Positions 60,472 to 64,000 of a DNA stretch of 64,000 nucleotides are shown here, one piece after another. The stretch is from Candidatus Melainabacteria bacterium 17Bon1m (GTDB lineage: Bacteria; Cyanobacteriota; Vampirovibrionia; Obscuribacterales; Obscuribacteraceae): the NCBI GenBank assembly GCA_032128875.1, contig JAVLKG010000006.1:288001-352000 (forward strand), in the 5' to 3' direction. A program made the translations under genes and the position numbers. How positions within the stretch are numbered: position 1 is the stretch's first letter; each line of letters opens with the position of its first letter. Below the pieces are notes generated by a model that had not been told where the DNA came from, did no database searches, and saw only the letters and a list, made by a program, of their open reading frames with translations.

Positions 60472-62265
60472 ATGTACATACTCATGCAACGCAAGCTCAA
60501 AAACGCAAAAGCAGAAGAAAACGCCAATGCAGAAGCCAAACCAGAAGCCAAACCACATGCAAATGCAGTAGCCAAACAAAAAGCAAAACGGACGCGCTCA
60601 AATAAAGGTAGCGCATTTGCGATTGTTGCGGTGTGCGCATTGCTGATCATAATTGCAATCGTCACTGGTTTTCGCATGAGCGTATTTCTAGGCAGTTCGC
60701 AAGAGATGAAAAACTCCGTAGATGCCGGTGCGCTCAATGTCGCGAAAAGCGTATTCGAATTGAAGACGAAGCCGAAAGCGTCATCATCAGGTTATGGATA
60801 CAGCGACGTTACGGATTCGCAGCAAACGATAAGTTTGGCAAATATCAACAGAGTCTGGGGTAAGAGTTTTTTGGTTAACGCCAATGCTCAGGCGATGAGC
60901 CAGCAGGGCTATGGAAGTGGCGGCAACTCTCCAACTGATGCGTTTCAAAACGCGTCGACCGTAAACAATGATTTGTACGACTTGCTGACCAAAAAAGGAA
61001 ATCTGGCAGTTTATTTCAATAAGCTTGTTTCGAGCAAACCGGCGAAGTTGTTGGGACACGGCGGCTCTGTCTCTTCCGGTGCCACAGACGAGTGGGACTC
61101 GGCGGCGCTCTACCGTGGTGAAGAGTCCAATATCGAACTCAATGATCCGCAGACGATACCGACAGGGATAAATGCAAATCTGCATACTAAGAACAATCAG
61201 ACTTATTTGCAGGGCTACAACCCATCGGAAGCCAACGGAAAACACTTCTGCTTCGTCACGTTTCACGCAAATGAAGCATCGCATTTGGTGTCAAATAGTA
61301 CGTTTGACCAGTGGAAGAATGTAGCTGTTCCGAATAGCACGGCTATGACCTTGCCAAATACATTCAAGGAATCTGGTCAGATTGCCGGGCAGCTTCAATT
61401 GGCTGCGGCTGCTTCTGCTGTGGCAAATCCGATGCGCAGCTATGAATTGACTATCCCTCACTCGTTTGTAGCGATCACTCTGAATTCCATCGCTACAATC
61501 AGATTGGACGATGGGCACGGGCATGTCACCACCTATCCGCAAATGACTTATTACTCCGATACTGGTACTGTTCAACCCTTCAAAAGTGTCGATTTAGAGA
61601 AGAAGCGCTACACATACCCATACACGTCTAGCAAATGGTTGGCGACTTCGGGCTTGTTGAGTGGTTATGTTTCGCTAGGCAATGAGCTTCAGCCGGATAA
61701 TCTGTGGCAGGCGATCAATGCCTTGCCCGGCGATCATTCCGCTGCAATTACTGCGATTCTGCAACGAGTGAAGGAGTTTAAGCCTGGCTATACACAAGCC
61801 GAACTGCAGAATTTGCTGAAAGGTCAGCATCTCATAAACAACGGAGAGGATACTGTCACCTATTACATTTTTCCAAAGTACAGTACGCCTGATAATACCA
61901 ATGCGCAGGTTTCAGTTGGAACTGCCGGACAGTTGCCGAGCTGGCTGAACAAAAGCGCGTCACCTGAAGGTTCGTCGAAGACGATCGTGAAAGAAACAAC
62001 GCAGCGCGACAAACCGAATACAGCATGGAGCACCATTAATGAAGGGCATTACGAAATCCCGATGACTCCTAAGCCAGATTGGCCAAGTTATTCGGCAGAT
62101 GTTCACAGAACCGCTGTTTCCGGCACGCTTTCCTGGCAACCCGGAACCGGTTGGAATCAGTGTCTTGGTGTTCTGAGTATCAAGCGGAAGACAGATGTTA
62201 TCTTCACCGGTTGGCCTTCCCGATCGAGTGATTACATGGATGAAATTTTTGGACCTGTGCAGTAG
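60472..62265 (+). CDS. TadG-like pilus-associated protein
   Basis: NKG|SAFAIV TM, then EMKNSVDAGALNVA, typical of the Tad N-terminal domain. Confidence 0.7.
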   Translation: MYILMQRKLKNAKAEENANAEAKPEAKPHANAVAKQKAKRTRSNKGSAFAIVAVCALLIIIAIVTGFRMSVFLGSSQEMKNSVDAGALNVAKSVFELKTKPKASSSGYGYSDVTDSQQTISLANINRVWGKSFLVNANAQAMSQQGYGSGGNSPTDAFQNASTVNNDLYDLLTKKGNLAVYFNKLVSSKPAKLLGHGGSVSSGATDEWDSAALYRGEESNIELNDPQTIPTGINANLHTKNNQTYLQGYNPSEANGKHFCFVTFHANEASHLVSNSTFDQWKNVAVPNSTAMTLPNTFKESGQIAGQLQLAAAASAVANPMRSYELTIPHSFVAITLNSIATIRLDDGHGHVTTYPQMTYYSDTGTVQPFKSVDLEKKRYTYPYTSSKWLATSGLLSGYVSLGNELQPDNLWQAINALPGDHSAAITAILQRVKEFKPGYTQAELQNLLKGQHLINNGEDTVTYYIFPKYSTPDNTNAQVSVGTAGQLPSWLNKSASPEGSSKTIVKETTQRDKPNTAWSTINEGHYEIPMTPKPDWPSYSADVHRTAVSGTLSWQPGTGWNQCLGVLSIKRKTDVIFTGWPSRSSDYMDEIFGPVQ

Positions 62266-63143
62266 TGATGGTGGCAATGAAAACGAAGTTCTTAGTGTTG
62301 ACTGTTTCGCATATTATTTTTCTCGCTTGTATGTCATCTGTTCAAGTTGACGCTAGAGATCAGCAAAATTGTGTCGATTACCTAGCGAATAACGTTGCTA
62401 CTGCTGGTGTTAACAATGGTGGCGGTTTTGTCATGAACAATGGCAAGAGCTTTGGTGTGAACAATGGTGGCGGCGACGATGAACCTCGAGTTGAAGAACC
62501 AAAGGATAGTTTGCTCAATAAGGCAATCAGACAATACCGTTGCCGCCAGTTTGCAAACGCAGCAAACGATCTGGGCGCAGCGCTGCCAGCGGAGTTTAAC
62601 AACCCGCTGTTGCACTATTACTATGCAAATTGCATGGTGCATTTAAGGCACAAAGAGTCGGCAATTCGAGAGTATCGAATTGCGTATGCTCTTCAGCCGA
62701 GTGGAACCATTGGTGAATACTGCAAGCTCTGTCTAGATCGATTTGGAATTGACGCCGAAGGTAAGAAATCGTCGCAGCCGAAAGCATTGCCATTAAAGCC
62801 GGGTTCAAAGAATTCTGTCCCAGATGTTCCTGAGCCACCTAGCGCTACCGAGTTGGCAGCATTGAAAGCAAATCCTAAAGACGGTTCGGAAAGTGCACTT
62901 GCCCGCGAGAAGTCTGTGGAAAACTTGAAAGATTTGATGCAACAGAAGAAACGTGCAAATGGCTCACCTCTACCTTCTTCCGTGGGCACCAACCTTTATG
63001 TTCGTAACTACAAAGAATCCATGATGGCGCCTGAAAAACTTGCGCAACGGCCTTCCGGTATCAATAAACAGGCACCGCAATCTGTGCCTTTAACAAACAA
63101 ACCTTCGTTTCCGCTAAAAGGTTTCAAACTTTGGTGGTGGTAG
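62265..63143 (+). CDS. secreted TPR-containing protein
   Basis: Signal peptide; LHYYYANCMVHL..AIREYRIAYALQP TPR; VNNGG repeats. Confidence 0.8.
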   Translation: MMVAMKTKFLVLTVSHIIFLACMSSVQVDARDQQNCVDYLANNVATAGVNNGGGFVMNNGKSFGVNNGGGDDEPRVEEPKDSLLNKAIRQYRCRQFANAANDLGAALPAEFNNPLLHYYYANCMVHLRHKESAIREYRIAYALQPSGTIGEYCKLCLDRFGIDAEGKKSSQPKALPLKPGSKNSVPDVPEPPSATELAALKANPKDGSESALAREKSVENLKDLMQQKKRANGSPLPSSVGTNLYVRNYKESMMAPEKLAQRPSGINKQAPQSVPLTNKPSFPLKGFKLWWW

Positions 63144-63242
63144 TCTCTAAGTGGTGTGTCGGAGGCTTGCCGACGTTGGGCGGCAAGCTGCCGCCTGTCC
63201 AATGAAAGAAGCCAGCTGGGATAAGCTGGCTTCTCTACCACC
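63136..63242. repeat. cluster of REP-like hairpins between convergent genes
   Basis: GTCGG/CCGAC, GGCGGCA/TGCCGCC and AGAAGCCAGCT/AGCTGGCTTCT stems, flanked by GGTGGTAG...CTACCACC. Confidence 0.6.
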
Positions 63243-63262
63243 GAAGTAATGGTGTTGAATGA

Positions 63263-64000
63263 TTACTTGTCTAAATTGTCTTCAGCTATCGCATCTGCGA
63301 TGAGTTTGTATTGTCTTGCCAATATTCCGCTCAGTGCATATTTTGGACCGGTCGTCGGGGCTAGACGTTCTAAAGTTTCCTTGTCTCTGAAAACCTTCGG
63401 AACTGTTTTTTCCATTTGTGAGTGCGTCATGCCGTTTGCCGTTTTTTCTATTGACGACATTTGTTTTGCCATCTGAACTTGAGCGGCAAGTCCATTTACG
63501 GCAAGAGCTTGCAGCCTGGTTGTTTCGGTGTCGCTGTTTAGCGCGAGGTCTGCCGCCCGCTCTTTCCCATAGATGCCAAATCGATCAAGGCTACCGCTTC
63601 TTTGCTCAGCAGTGACCTCACCTGACGACGAAATTGTGAGGTGCGATTCCTTTTCAGGACTAAAACCACCTAGATATCCGCCGCTAGTCGCGTTTTGAAA
63701 GTTTGTTAGAACGTCGAGCGAGTACTGTCCGTTATTATCAATGACATTAACAGTGGTGCTAAGAATACTAGTCAATTCACGTGCCATGGCTTGGAGTTTT
63801 TCCTTCCCAATGGAATCGCCCTCCATCTCTTTGAGCATTGACTGAATCTGTGTCATGTCGCCCGATACTAGAGCCTGCATAGCGACTTGCGTTTCGGCTG
63901 AGATTGGTGCGTTGTGCGGAATGAGGCGTCCATCGCCTTCATCTGCAAGTCGTTCAATTGTCTCATTTGCTGTAGAAATTGCATCACTATTAGGCGTCTC
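63263..64000 (-). CDS. hypothetical protein (5'-truncated by window edge)
   Basis: Frame has no stop between 63880 and the window end. Confidence 0.75.
   Translation of the reverse strand, partial: ETPNSDAISTANETIERLADEGDGRLIPHNAPISAETQVAMQALVSGDMTQIQSMLKEMEGDSIGKEKLQAMARELTSILSTTVNVIDNNGQYSLDVLTNFQNATSGGYLGGFSPEKESHLTISSSGEVTAEQRSGSLDRFGIYGKERAADLALNSDTETTRLQALAVNGLAAQVQMAKQMSSIEKTANGMTHSQMEKTVPKVFRDKETLERLAPTTGPKYALSGILARQYKLIADAIAEDNLDK

Noticed and set aside
60466-60474. TGA ending 60067..60468 is in frame with the next ORF (TGA-GGT-ATG), suggesting a second Sec read-through
   Set aside because: No redox motif context; each gene has its own prepilin leader; GAGGT is better explained as the RBS for an ATG near 60484

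Overview
Bacterial chromosomal window of moderate GC (roughly 45-50% by eye) with about 55 CDS and no rRNA, tRNA, CRISPR array, transposase or integrase. The gene content (three paralogous membrane Ser/Thr kinases, a DUF1800/DUF1501 pair, Tad-type pseudopilins, many lineage-specific hypothetical proteins) resembles non-photosynthetic cyanobacterial relatives such as Obscuribacterales; this placement is inference. Recognisable genes: MscS, an Npt/TLC-like transporter, peptidase C26, a PAS histidine kinase, MFS, a MarR-RND efflux operon, an OmpR regulator, thioesterase, GNAT, rpiA, two EEP proteins, NUDIX, CocE/NonD, PolX-PHP and a LigC-type ligase. Strongest hidden signals: (1) ORFs 51794..51997 and 52013..52909 form one frame split by a single TGA at a thioredoxin-like W-U-P-G site and followed by an fdhF-like SECIS hairpin, i.e. 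a probable exported selenoprotein. (2) The ~680-bp non-coding gap 18514-19195 holds three copies of a pho-box-like motif, each with a TAnnnT element exactly 10 bp downstream and each followed by a structured transcript (two candidate sRNAs and one leader), next to an orphan OmpR regulator. (3) A polymerase-dead PolX with an intact PHP domain is coupled to LigC.
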